From Acidobacteriota bacterium (GTDB lineage: Bacteria > Acidobacteriota > UBA890 > WLXD01), in the NCBI GenBank assembly GCA_963666055.2, contig CAXWPH010000002.1, forward strand, positions 160,001-224,000: a DNA stretch of 64,000 nucleotides, read 5' to 3'. Positions 28,170 through 37,821 of this stretch are shown here, piece by piece. Below the pieces are notes generated by a model. It worked only from the letters and a program-made list of their open reading frames with translations, was not told the DNA's origin and searched no databases. Position 1 is the first letter of the stretch, and each line of letters starts with the position of its first letter. Made by a program: the position numbers and the translations under genes.

Positions 28170-28943
28170 CTACCATCCGAGCAACTCGCGCAGCTGGCGC
28201 GCGCGCCGCCGGGAGACGTGCACCTGGATGCCGACCGCCGGCCGCAACACGGCCGTGTAGGTGCCCGAGAACATGGGTGCCAGGTGGTCGACCCACTCCA
28301 GGTTGACGATCGCAGCGCGAGAGACGCGAACGAAGGGCGGCGAGGGCAGACGCTCCTCGACCTCGTGGAGCGCTTGCTTGAGGCGGTAGCGTCCCTTCGG
28401 CGTGGCGGCCCAGGTGATGGTGTCCTCCACGCTCACGCAAGCAATGTCCTCGAGCTGGAGGTTGACGATCTTGCCGGCTCGATGACCTGCCAGATGGCCA
28501 CTGACACGCCGGGTGTTTCCTGGTGTTGCGGTTGGCGTTGTCGGCTGATCTTGCTGCGGGTGCCGCTGCCACAGCCCCTGTCGGACGCGCCTCAATGCTC
28601 GCGACAGCTGCTCGCGATCGATTGGCTTGACAAGATAGTCGGTACCTTCGAGGGCGAAGGCGTCGACGGCGTGTTCTTCGTAGGCGGTCGTAAAGACAGC
28701 CAGCGGTCGCACGCTCTCGGGAAGATGTTCGTGCAATGCGCGTAGGGTCTCCAGACCGTCCTTGTCGGGCATGCGGACGTCGAGAAAGACCACGTCGGGA
28801 CGTTCCTCGAGCACCACCTTGATCGCTTCGGTACCGCTTGCGGCCACCCCGACGAGCTCGACGTCGCTGTGCTCCGCAAGCAGGCGTTTCAGGCGGCGGC
28901 GAGCGAGCGGCTCATCGTCGACAGTTACGGCGCGGATGTTCAT
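28170..28943 (-). CDS. LytTR-family response regulator
   Basis: REC domain VDDEP, FLDVRMP, TTAY, YLVKP; LytTR domain FVRVSRAAIVN, VSRRRA. Confidence 0.95.
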   Translation of the reverse strand: MNIRAVTVDDEPLARRRLKRLLAEHSDVELVGVAASGTEAIKVVLEERPDVVFLDVRMPDKDGLETLRALHEHLPESVRPLAVFTTAYEEHAVDAFALEGTDYLVKPIDREQLSRALRRVRQGLWQRHPQQDQPTTPTATPGNTRRVSGHLAGHRAGKIVNLQLEDIACVSVEDTITWAATPKGRYRLKQALHEVEERLPSPPFVRVSRAAIVNLEWVDHLAPMFSGTYTAVLRPAVGIQVHVSRRRARQLRELLGW

Positions 28944-30040
28944 GACGGTATCCTCATCTCGATTCGAGTGCCGGGGTCGAGCTTGGCGGCGACCAGCGTG
29001 GCAGCGCCGCGATAACGTAGCGCGAGGCGTTGCAGGACGTTGGCCAGGCCGCCGCCCGCGCCACCCGTTCCGGGGCTCAGCTCGACGGCCGCTAGCGAAG
29101 AGTCGCCGGCGCTGTTCGCCAGACGGCGTTGCAGCTCATCGGGCAGTCCAGGTCCGTCGTCCTCGACGCACACAACCAGTGTGTCGGTGGTGCACTCCAC
29201 CCTGATGCGGACGGTGCCCCCCTCGGCGCGTGTTGCCACGGCGTGCTGCACGGCGTTCTCCACCAGCGGTTGCAGCACCAATCCCGGAATGCTGCGCTGC
29301 AAAGCAGCCGGGTCGACTTCCTGCTCGAATCGCAGGCGCTCTCCGAGGCGCGCTTTCTCGACTCGAATGTAGTGGCCCACGGCTTCGAGCTCGCGAAATA
29401 GCGGCACGGTGCCCTCGGCGGACGAACGCAGCGTATAGCGCAGCAGATGTGCCAAGTCGCCAACCAGCTGCTCGGCAACGGCAGGGTCATCGTGGGTCAG
29501 CTCGGCGAGCGCATTGAAAGCGTTGAACAGGAAATGCGGGTTGATCTGCGCCTGCAGCGCTTTGAGGCGTGCTTGCAGCGCCGCCTCTCGCATCGCTGCC
29601 TCGCGTGAGCGGGCGGCCTCGATCTCTCGCCGCATGCGCGCGTGAGAGTAGATCACGCCCGCCAATCCCAGGCCGAGGACCACGGCCAGTGCCGGCAAGG
29701 TCACGGCTTCCCGCCAGCGAAGCAGCCAGTATGAGGGCGGTTCGCGTACCAGCGTCGCCCAGCTGGTAACGATGGTCCCAAGTAGGATGAGCGCCTTGTC
29801 CAGAGGGTTGCGAAGGTAGGCGGGAAAGCTCGCGTAGCTCGGCTCGACGAGGCGACGGAAGACGATACCGCTGAGTCCACCGCAAAGCAGGGCCCATCTG
29901 GGCTCCCAGGCGCTGTGCAGGTACCAGAGCAGCAGCAGCGACACCAGCGCTCCGCCGAGAGCAGCGCCGAGGTCCGAGACCACACCGCGGACGCCGCGTC
30001 GGTGCGCCGGTCGCCCTGGCACGGTTGTCTCGGTAGTCAT
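28940..30040 (-). CDS. LytS/YehU-type sensor histidine kinase
   Basis: LQAQINPHFLFNAFN H-box, LQPLVENAVQH N-box, VEDDGPG, GGGLANV; 4-TM N-terminus. Confidence 0.95.
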   Translation of the reverse strand: MTTETTVPGRPAHRRGVRGVVSDLGAALGGALVSLLLLWYLHSAWEPRWALLCGGLSGIVFRRLVEPSYASFPAYLRNPLDKALILLGTIVTSWATLVREPPSYWLLRWREAVTLPALAVVLGLGLAGVIYSHARMRREIEAARSREAAMREAALQARLKALQAQINPHFLFNAFNALAELTHDDPAVAEQLVGDLAHLLRYTLRSSAEGTVPLFRELEAVGHYIRVEKARLGERLRFEQEVDPAALQRSIPGLVLQPLVENAVQHAVATRAEGGTVRIRVECTTDTLVVCVEDDGPGLPDELQRRLANSAGDSSLAAVELSPGTGGAGGGLANVLQRLALRYRGAATLVAAKLDPGTRIEMRIPS

Positions 30041-31212
30041 GTGGTGAGCTCGCGTGGTCGTAGGACGAGCAGCGTTATGTCGTCGGCCCGCTCGGCATCG
30101 GGTCCGGTGTGGCGATGGAGCGCGGCGAGCACCGCAGCGCTGATGTCAGCTGCGGTGCCATGACGGTGGGCTTGTGTCACCTGCTCCAGGCGCCCCTCGC
30201 CGAACTCCTCGGCGTGGCCATCTACAGCCTCGGTGACGCCGTCGGTATAGATCAACAGGATCTCGTCGAGCTCCATGGTGCGCTCTTGCAGCTCGTACTC
30301 GCTGTCGGCGAACAGCCCCAGCGGTCGCCCACCGCCGAACAACCGGTGCACTGCATCTGGGCCGATGATCAGCGGGGGGTTGTGGCCGGCGTTCACGTAG
30401 CGCAAGTATCCAGCCAGTGTCAGATGCCCGACGAAGAACGTCGCGTAGCGTTCGGGTGCGGTGCGCTCGACCAGGAAACGGTTCACCAGGCGGCAGATTT
30501 CGGCGAGGTCGTCATGTACCGAGTGGGCTGCAAGAAACGCGGATTGTAGCGACGACATGAGGAACGCGGCAGGCACACCCTTGCCGGATACGTCACCCAC
30601 GGCGAAACAAATGCCGTGCTCGCCGCGGTCGAGAACCTCGTAGTAGTCGCCACCCACCTGCCGTGAGGCGATGTTGACCGCATGTGTCTCTACCCACGAC
30701 CGGGTCGGCGCTCGTCCGCGCAGCAAGCTTTGCTGGATTCGACCGGCGATCTGAAGGTCGTCCTCCATCCGCTGCTTGGCCTCGATCTCCCGCTCCAGGC
30801 GCCGGTACGTATAGATCAGCGACGCCAAGCCGAGGCCCAGGATTACACCCAATACAGGCAGGGTGATCGCCTCGCGCCAGCGCAGCAGCCAATAGGATGC
30901 CGGCTCGCGAGCGAGCGTGCCCCAGGTGGCGAACACCGTCCCCAGTGCGATCACCCCGACGCTCAACGGATGTCGCAGATATGGAGGGAACGCCGAGTAG
31001 CTGGGGCGCACGAACCCTCGCGTCGTCACGCCGCCCAGGCCGCCGCAGACAAGCGCCCAGATCCAACCCGGATGTCGCTCGCCGTGCAGATAGAGCAGGA
31101 GGACGTATGCCAGCAGCGTGCCGATGGTGGCTGCCAGCAGGTCGGCAGCGAGACGCTGCCCGATGCCCGGGTCGGGCGCTGATTCGCCGATTGACGCCGA
31201 TGCAGTCGTCAT
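30037..31212 (-). CDS. Membrane-bound PP2C/SpoIIE (RsbU-like) phosphatase
   Basis: IQQSLL, GGDYY, GDVSGKGVPAA, NAGHNPP, YTDGVTEA, DDITLL; 4-TM N-terminus. Confidence 0.95.
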   Translation of the reverse strand: MTTASASIGESAPDPGIGQRLAADLLAATIGTLLAYVLLLYLHGERHPGWIWALVCGGLGGVTTRGFVRPSYSAFPPYLRHPLSVGVIALGTVFATWGTLAREPASYWLLRWREAITLPVLGVILGLGLASLIYTYRRLEREIEAKQRMEDDLQIAGRIQQSLLRGRAPTRSWVETHAVNIASRQVGGDYYEVLDRGEHGICFAVGDVSGKGVPAAFLMSSLQSAFLAAHSVHDDLAEICRLVNRFLVERTAPERYATFFVGHLTLAGYLRYVNAGHNPPLIIGPDAVHRLFGGGRPLGLFADSEYELQERTMELDEILLIYTDGVTEAVDGHAEEFGEGRLEQVTQAHRHGTAADISAAVLAALHRHTGPDAERADDITLLVLRPRELTT

Positions 31213-31243
31213 TCGGCGGCGACCCCGGATCCTGCGGCGCGGC

Positions 31244-31807
31244 TCAATTCGCCCGCGTCAAGTACTCGCCGGTGCTCGTATCGACCCGAACGCGGTCGCC
31301 CTGGTTGATGAACGGAGGAACCTGGATCACCAGACCAGTCTCCAGCGTAGCCGGCTTGGTCTGCGCCGCTGCGGTGGCGCCTTTGATGGCCGGATCCGTC
31401 TGCGTGACCACCATCTCGACGGCGCCGGGAAGCTCGACCCCGAGGGCCTCCGTACCCACGAAGGTGACTTTGACCTCGGTGTTCGCCAGCAGGTAGGGCA
31501 GCTCTGCCTGGAGCTTGTCAGCGGTCATCCCGGACTGCTCGTAGGTCTCGAGGTCCATGAAAGTGTAGAGATCGCCGTCCAGAAAAAGGTATTGCATGGT
31601 GCGTCGGTCAACGTGTGCCGTTTCCAACGTTTCGGCAGAGCGGAAGCGCTTGTCGATCAGCGTCCCAGTGCGCAAGTTGCGCAGCTTCGTCTGCATCACC
31701 GCTTGACCTTTCCCCGGTGTGACGTGGGTGAACTCCTGGACACGTAACAGCTCACCGTCGACTTGCAGGACCATGCCCCGCTTCAACTTCGTAGCCGGAA
31801 TGCCCAC
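31244..31807 (-). CDS. efp: Elongation factor P
   Basis: HVTPGKGQA loop, FMDLETYEQ, KPATLETG..IQVPPFI..GD; GTG start at 31807 after AGGAG. Confidence 0.97.
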   Translation of the reverse strand: MGIPATKLKRGMVLQVDGELLRVQEFTHVTPGKGQAVMQTKLRNLRTGTLIDKRFRSAETLETAHVDRRTMQYLFLDGDLYTFMDLETYEQSGMTADKLQAELPYLLANTEVKVTFVGTEALGVELPGAVEMVVTQTDPAIKGATAAAQTKPATLETGLVIQVPPFINQGDRVRVDTSTGEYLTRAN

Positions 31808-31939
31808 CGATGGCTCTCCTGGTGAGGTGACTTGCTGTCTGGCGCCCACTGTCGGCTCGACGCCCTCTGCGGCCACCCGGATTCCCCAGAGCGTACCGTG
31901 CGTCCGAGGGGATTTCGACCACCGGGCTGTGCTGCGGTT

Positions 31940-32863
31940 TCAGCCAAACAGGTGGCGCAAGAAGAAACCGATGTTGGCGGGACGCTCCGCCAACCGCCGC
32001 ATGAACCACGGATACCAGCTCGGGCCATAGCTCACATAGATGCGCACCGAGTAGCCGTCGTCAACGAGCTGGCGCTGTAGCGGACGCCCGATGCCATACA
32101 GCATCTGGAATTCCCAGCCGTCGAGCTTCAGCTGGTCGATGAGCTCGCGGGCATAGGCCACGAGCGTGCCGTCGTGCGAGGCGACCGCCACGCGTACGCC
32201 GTTGCTGCGTGCGTCATCCTGCGCCAGTCGATCGAGGATGCGAGCGTAGTTGCGGTCGACGTCGCGCTTGGAGGCAAACGCTATGTGCTCGGGCTCGTCG
32301 TATGCACCCTTGACGATTCGCAGCGGAGTGCCGGTTTGCACCAACGCCTCGACGTCGTCCTCGGTGCGCAGCAAGTAGCTTTGCAGTACGAGTCCGAAGT
32401 TGTCGAAGCGCCGCCGCAGGATCTGATAGATGGACAGCGTAGCCTCGACGTACTCCGATGCTTCCATGTCGATACGCACGAAGTTGCCGTGCTCGGCTGC
32501 CTTCGACAGCACGTGCTCCAGATTGGCAGTCGCCAGCTCCGTGTCCAGGTCGAGGCCCAGGAGCGTGAGCTTGACGGAGATATTGCAGTCTAGCTTCTCG
32601 CTGGCGACCCGCTCCAGGATCTCGATGTACGCATCGGTCGCAGCGGTTGTTTCCTTGGGGCCGCTGACGGTCTCTCCGAGCGGGTTCAGCGTTGCCATCA
32701 TGCCGTCGTCGTTGAGTTGCCGAGCTGCCGCGAGCGCCTCTTCGAGAGTCTCGCCGGGTATGAAGCGGGCGACGACGCGGTGGGTGACCGACCATCCGGT
32801 CAGCAGCCGTTTCCAGGTCGGGGAGTCGGCCATCCCAAGCAGGAGCGGGCGAAAGGGGTTCAT
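31940..32863 (-). CDS. Monofunctional proline dehydrogenase
   Basis: RFIPGE, ISVKLT.LG, RIDME, QSYL.R, RIVKGAY, ASHD, EFQMLYG, YFMRRLAERP-like WYPWFMRRLAERPAN. Confidence 0.95.
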   Translation of the reverse strand: MNPFRPLLLGMADSPTWKRLLTGWSVTHRVVARFIPGETLEEALAAARQLNDDGMMATLNPLGETVSGPKETTAATDAYIEILERVASEKLDCNISVKLTLLGLDLDTELATANLEHVLSKAAEHGNFVRIDMEASEYVEATLSIYQILRRRFDNFGLVLQSYLLRTEDDVEALVQTGTPLRIVKGAYDEPEHIAFASKRDVDRNYARILDRLAQDDARSNGVRVAVASHDGTLVAYARELIDQLKLDGWEFQMLYGIGRPLQRQLVDDGYSVRIYVSYGPSWYPWFMRRLAERPANIGFFLRHLFG

Positions 32864-32901
32864 GTGCTGATCATACCTCTGTCATGGCGACCGCTTGATC
32901 G

Positions 32902-34158
32902 GTGCTGACAACCCCGGGGGCATGGTTAAATGGTCCACTGCTCAACCCCAGGTGGCCTGGTTCGAGGCCGTGCCCATCCCCGGACATCTCGGTGCAGAAA
33001 CTCTGTCTTGGTCGCGCCGTTCTGATTCTCCTGATGGTGGGCTCGGCGTGCGCTCAGGAGGAGATCGTTCCCGAGCCGTACCGACCGAGTAGCGCCTGGG
33101 ATGCGTACCGGCAGGGTCTCTACGAGGCGGGACTAGCATCGACGGCTCTGGCGCGCGACTGGGTCGCGGTCGCCGCGAGCGTCGCCAAAGACCCGGTTCG
33201 ACTGCAACTACCGTACCGCGAGCGAGGAGCCTTCGATGCTCGTGCCGCGCATGCCTCCGGCTATCGCTTCGCGGCGCTCCGCGGCCAGCGTATCGAGGTG
33301 ATGGTCGGTCTCGAGGTCGATACCTCAGTTCGTGTCTTCCTCGATTTGTTTCGCATCGAGGACGACGCCGAGCCACTGCACGTGGCCAGCGCGCCGGCCA
33401 CCGAAACTCGCCTGGTGTTCGAGCCGCGCCGGGACGCTGAGTATCTGGTCAGATTGCAGCCTGAGCTACTGAGGGGCGGCGAGTTTGAGCTCGAGATGCG
33501 CTTGGTCGCCTCGCTCGAGTTCCCGGTACAGGAACACGACGTCACCGACATAAAGAGCGCCTTCGGTGCACAGCGCGACGCCGGTCGTCGTAGCCATCAC
33601 GGGGTCGACATCTTTGCCGCGCGTGGCACTCCGGCACTGGCGACCTCGCGTGCGTATGTGCGGCGTGTCGGCGAGCAGCGCCTTGGGGGCAACGTCGTAT
33701 GGCTGCACGACCGCGAGCGAGACCTGAACCTCTACTATGCCCATCTCGATTCGCAGGCGATCGAGGAGGGTAGCTGGGTAGAGACGGGCGACGTGGTCGG
33801 CTACGTCGGCAATAGCGGCAACGCGCGCACGACGCCACCGCACCTGCACTTCGCGATCTACTCCAACGGCCCGATCGATCCGATGAACTTCCTTCGTCAG
33901 CCGCGAAGCGACCCGACAGTAGTGAGCGCCGACGCCAGCAGGCTCGGTAGCTGGGGTATCACCAAGCCCGAGGAGACGTCGCTTCACGAGCGTCCCAGCC
34001 GCCGATCCGACACCCTGCGCCGGCTCGATGCGGGAACGCCGCTACGCATTTGGGCTGCGACCGGAAGCTACTATCGAGTGGCCCTCGCGGATGGGACCCT
34101 CGGCTTCCTGCGTGACTCGCTGATCGGTGAGAGCCTGCCCATGCCCGACGCGCAATAA
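32902..34158 (+). CDS. M23 family peptidoglycan peptidase with C-terminal SH3-like domain
   Basis: HHGVDIFA (HxxxD), YYAHL, GNSGNA..TPPHLHF (HxH). Start uncertain. Confidence 0.88.
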   Translation: MLTTPGAWLNGPLLNPRWPGSRPCPSPDISVQKLCLGRAVLILLMVGSACAQEEIVPEPYRPSSAWDAYRQGLYEAGLASTALARDWVAVAASVAKDPVRLQLPYRERGAFDARAAHASGYRFAALRGQRIEVMVGLEVDTSVRVFLDLFRIEDDAEPLHVASAPATETRLVFEPRRDAEYLVRLQPELLRGGEFELEMRLVASLEFPVQEHDVTDIKSAFGAQRDAGRRSHHGVDIFAARGTPALATSRAYVRRVGEQRLGGNVVWLHDRERDLNLYYAHLDSQAIEEGSWVETGDVVGYVGNSGNARTTPPHLHFAIYSNGPIDPMNFLRQPRSDPTVVSADASRLGSWGITKPEETSLHERPSRRSDTLRRLDAGTPLRIWAATGSYYRVALADGTLGFLRDSLIGESLPMPDAQ

Positions 34159-34200
34159 CAGTCAACCGCTGACTCATCCCGGCGCCGCGCGCACGGCCGG

Positions 34201-36657
34201 CTAGCCGAGCTCGAACAGCCGACCGAGCAGCATCTGGAGCGGAAAGCGACCGAGTGCGCCCGCCGCTGCCGCCAGCTCGTCGAAGCGTTTCGTGCTGTCG
34301 GCCTCGAAGCCGGTGCCCCACAGCAATACCGGCAGTGGATCGGCGGCGTGCTGGCCGCTCTCGGACAACGTTGCATGGTCCGACGCCACGCCTACCCGCA
34401 GTGGCTTGCCGGCGTTGGCGTCGAGAAGAACGCCGAGCTCCCGGTCGAGTCTCTCCAGAAACTGCACCTTAAGGTCGGGTCGGCGGTCGTGGCTGGCGAT
34501 GTCTGCACCCTTGACGTGCAGGATGGTCAGGTCGCCCTGCTCGAGGGCGCTCATCGCTGCAGCCATTTTTGCGGGCAGGTCGGTGTCGAGATTGGCGGTC
34601 ATCTGCGGCTCGTTGACGGTCTCCGCACCCAACCAGCGCGCCAGGCCGATGACCGTCCGATCCCCGCTGATGCACGAGACGTGCAGCGGTATCCCAGCCT
34701 CTTCGAGGGTCACCAGCCGGTGCAGTCGTCCAGCGCCGCGGCTCAGCACTGCGTTTGCCGGCGGTTGTCCGTGCTGTCGGCGACTCTCGTTGATCGGGTG
34801 AACCTTCAGTACCGCACGTGCCTCGGCTTCGAACGCCGAGAGTATGCGCGCGGTATGAGTGGCGGCCTCGTTGGCGCCGTCGATAGGCTCCACGGTCAGC
34901 GGCGGTCCGGTCGGTGCTCCGTCGCCCGGGTCGCTGCCGGTGATTGCGGGCGACAGGTTGGGTCCCTGGGCGACAATCGCCAAGCGGTGCTCGGTCGCCG
35001 CTTTGACGCGCAGCCGCACGCCGCGAGTGACGCTCTCCGGTAACCGAATCGCGTCCAGGGCGTCAGCTAGCGCCACTGCCCCGTCGCGTATTCGTCCCGC
35101 CCGTCGATCGACCACGTTGCCGTCGTCGTCGACTGTCGACAGGTTGGCGCGCCACGCGATGTCCCCGGGCAACATCTCGAGGCCAGCGCCGAGCGCCTCG
35201 ACGGGCCCTCGCTTCAGTGCTCGGGGCGACTGCCCGAATAGGGCCAGGGTTCCGGCCGCGGTGTCCGGTACCACGCCCGGTGCTACCGGATCTGCCAGGC
35301 CGAGCGTTCCCTCCTGGGCCAACCGGTCGAGGTTCGGCGTGTTGGCCGCCTGCAGCGGCGTGCGACCCCCGAGCGCACGCACGGCGCGGTCAGCAACACC
35401 ATCGATGATCAGCAGCAACGTCGCGGTGTCGCCGTGCGACTCAACCCAGTCGGCATGCGCCAGGGCCGGCACCTGTCGTTCGAGCTCGGCGGTCACCAAC
35501 TGCACCGCGTGGACCTCCGGATTGCCATCACGGGAGGTGTCGAGAAACGGAATGTCGTGTGCCTCGGCCATTTGCATCAAGTGATCATTGATGGCGCGAA
35601 TGCCGTCGAACGCGTCGAGGTAACGATCGGCGCGGCGCGAACCCGTCGGTGCGCGGGTGAGGATACGAGCGCGGAGTGACTCCTCGTCGGGGGTGCCGAG
35701 CATGATGGCGACCTGGTACGCCTCGCCGGCGAGGTCCGCGAACGGCACGATGCCTGGCAACAGGTGTACGCCCTCTACGATGATGCTGACGTTCTCCTGA
35801 ATGGCGCGCTCGATGACCGCGCGCGTGCCAACACAGACTCGCCTTGCCTGCTCCTGGTAGCTCTCGAGCAGCGTGTCGGGGCTGTCGGCGACAGCGTGGT
35901 CGGCGGGTACGTTTGCCTCGTGCGTAAACTCGAAGCTCGAGCGGTGTAGCGCCGGCAAGATCTCGGGTGTGAACACCATACGCATTACCTGCCGGATCGT
36001 GTCGGTGGAGGAGACGCGGTAGATACGAAGAAGCGGGGCGAGCTGCAGCGCCAGGCTCGATTTGCCAGTGCCGCTGGTGCCGCCGATGTAGACGATTACC
36101 GGGCGAGGGAGCCGGTTGATGCGTCGGATCGTCCGGTAGCGCAGCTTGGCCTTGACGCCGGTGTGTTGCTCGAGCAGCACATCGACCCGGCGGGCGACCT
36201 CGGTGCTCGGCAAGCTGGCAACGGACTCCTCGCGTAGCTGGGATTCGACTTCGGCGGCGAGGCGATAGGCGCGCTCGGCAGGCACACCGCTTGCGTAGAT
36301 CGTTTCGGCCAGGAGCCCCTTCGAGAAGGGATGAGCCTGCCCCTTGCTGATGACCTCCATGCGCGGCTCTGCTTCGTCCGGTTCCGCCAGCTTGAAAGTC
36401 ACCTCAGGCCCCAACCGCTTCGCCAGCGCGGATGCGATCAACTTGCGCAGCTCGTCCTTGTCGACCTCTTCCCGACCCTTGAGCGTGTCGCGGACGTCGC
36501 GCGCCGTTGCGTAGGCCTCCTCGAACTCGACGCCCCGGCGCACCAGGTCGTGGGTCACCATGCCGCGCAGGAAACGAGTGCGCGCGCCGGATGCCGACAC
36601 CACGTGCAGCGATCCGCCTTGTTTCGCTGGTGGTTTTTTACGGGGCGGCTTGGCCAT
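34201..36657 (-). CDS. Fusion: 2x ATP-cone + 2-phosphoglycerate kinase + ApgM-type cofactor-independent phosphoglycerate mutase
   Basis: RFLRG and PFSKGLL cones; IGGTSGTGKS, STDTIRQVMR, LHRSSF, IVEGVHL (2PGK); IIDGVADR, TPLQAANTPNLD, HVKGADIASHD, SDHAT, HAADP (ApgM). Confidence 0.88.
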   Translation of the reverse strand: MAKPPRKKPPAKQGGSLHVVSASGARTRFLRGMVTHDLVRRGVEFEEAYATARDVRDTLKGREEVDKDELRKLIASALAKRLGPEVTFKLAEPDEAEPRMEVISKGQAHPFSKGLLAETIYASGVPAERAYRLAAEVESQLREESVASLPSTEVARRVDVLLEQHTGVKAKLRYRTIRRINRLPRPVIVYIGGTSGTGKSSLALQLAPLLRIYRVSSTDTIRQVMRMVFTPEILPALHRSSFEFTHEANVPADHAVADSPDTLLESYQEQARRVCVGTRAVIERAIQENVSIIVEGVHLLPGIVPFADLAGEAYQVAIMLGTPDEESLRARILTRAPTGSRRADRYLDAFDGIRAINDHLMQMAEAHDIPFLDTSRDGNPEVHAVQLVTAELERQVPALAHADWVESHGDTATLLLIIDGVADRAVRALGGRTPLQAANTPNLDRLAQEGTLGLADPVAPGVVPDTAAGTLALFGQSPRALKRGPVEALGAGLEMLPGDIAWRANLSTVDDDGNVVDRRAGRIRDGAVALADALDAIRLPESVTRGVRLRVKAATEHRLAIVAQGPNLSPAITGSDPGDGAPTGPPLTVEPIDGANEAATHTARILSAFEAEARAVLKVHPINESRRQHGQPPANAVLSRGAGRLHRLVTLEEAGIPLHVSCISGDRTVIGLARWLGAETVNEPQMTANLDTDLPAKMAAAMSALEQGDLTILHVKGADIASHDRRPDLKVQFLERLDRELGVLLDANAGKPLRVGVASDHATLSESGQHAADPLPVLLWGTGFEADSTKRFDELAAAAGALGRFPLQMLLGRLFELG

Positions 36658-36797
36658 GGACGCGAGTGGGAGGGGGCCGAGGATCAACCGTAGCGGCCCT
36701 CGACAGAGTCGGCGTCTCGCTGTGTTTGCGAGCCGCGAACATGCGCCCGGTGAGCGTACGTTCGATCACTCCACTGAGCAACACGAGAACGCGCGCC

Positions 36798-37166
36798 TCA
36801 GATCGTTGGCGAGGCTCCACTGCGCCCGATCGACCGGAATGCCATCGCAGCGACAATCAGGCTCCCGAGGATCGCCGTGCCGGCAAGGCCTATGGCGTGT
36901 CCTAGATTCGTGTCGGCGGCGTCGATCCAACTTTGGGTGTCGATGTTCATTCCCGCCCCTCCGGTCCAGCCGAGGATCATGAAGGTGGCGAATATCAGGC
37001 TGAGGCAGGTGACGAAGCCCGGCAGGAAACGAGCCCACGGGAACTCGATCGGCGGCGGCATTTCGGCTTCCTCGCGTACCCTCTCCATCACTCGAGCGGT
37101 GAACCCGTTGGTAGGGCGCACCACCGGTTCGTTCGTGAGGATGCGGTCCAAGTCGTCCATGTTCAT
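36798..37166 (-). CDS. Putative membrane anti-sigma factor
   Basis: Translationally coupled to the ECF gene; P..GFTARVMERV motif followed by two TM helices. Confidence 0.7.
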   Translation of the reverse strand: MNMDDLDRILTNEPVVRPTNGFTARVMERVREEAEMPPPIEFPWARFLPGFVTCLSLIFATFMILGWTGGAGMNIDTQSWIDAADTNLGHAIGLAGTAILGSLIVAAMAFRSIGRSGASPTI

Positions 37167-37786
37167 GCCTCCTCGGTTGCCAGCGACGGCCGGCACATCA
37201 TGCCGGCGAGCTTGTCTTGCAACAACTTGCGGCCGCGAAACAGCCGCGCCTTCACCGTGCCCTCGCGCAGACGGGAAGTGCGTGCTGTCTCGGCCAGATC
37301 CATCTCATGAAAGTAGTAGAGGACGATCACGTCGCGATACTTCGGGGGCAAGGTCGCCACGGCGCGCCGCACTACGTCGGCGCGCAGGTCACTGTCCAAC
37401 TCGACGCTGCGATCCCCAGCGATCAACAAGTCGAGCCCGTCGAGCTCCACGGCCGGCGGCAACCGCCGACGCATCGCGCTACGGTACTGATTGAGCGCTA
37501 CCGAGAACATCCAGGTCGAGAACCGTCCTTCTCGCCGCCACTGTGGCAGGCCTCCGAAGATCTTTAGAAACGCCTCCTGCGCCAGCTCCTCTGCCTCTCC
37601 CTGATCCCGGCAGAAGCGATACGCCATGTTGACAAGAGGCTCCTGCCAACGCGTGACGATACCCTCGAAAGCATCGGTGTCGCCGGCGAGTACCCGTCGT
37701 ACGGCGCTTGCGTCGTCGTCGTATCGTTCTGCGCTGCCCGCCATGTGTCTATCCCAGTGGACTGCCGTCGCGCTCGCCAGACCCAT
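37163..37786 (-). CDS. ECF (SigW/RpoE-like) sigma-70 factor
   Basis: GDTDAF, AEELAQEAFLK, FSTW, LPPKYR, GTVKARLFRGR. Confidence 0.95.
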   Translation of the reverse strand: MGLASATAVHWDRHMAGSAERYDDDASAVRRVLAGDTDAFEGIVTRWQEPLVNMAYRFCRDQGEAEELAQEAFLKIFGGLPQWRREGRFSTWMFSVALNQYRSAMRRRLPPAVELDGLDLLIAGDRSVELDSDLRADVVRRAVATLPPKYRDVIVLYYFHEMDLAETARTSRLREGTVKARLFRGRKLLQDKLAGMMCRPSLATEEA

Positions 37787-37821
37787 GGTGGTGACCTCTC
37801 CTCGCCGGATACCGGATCGAT

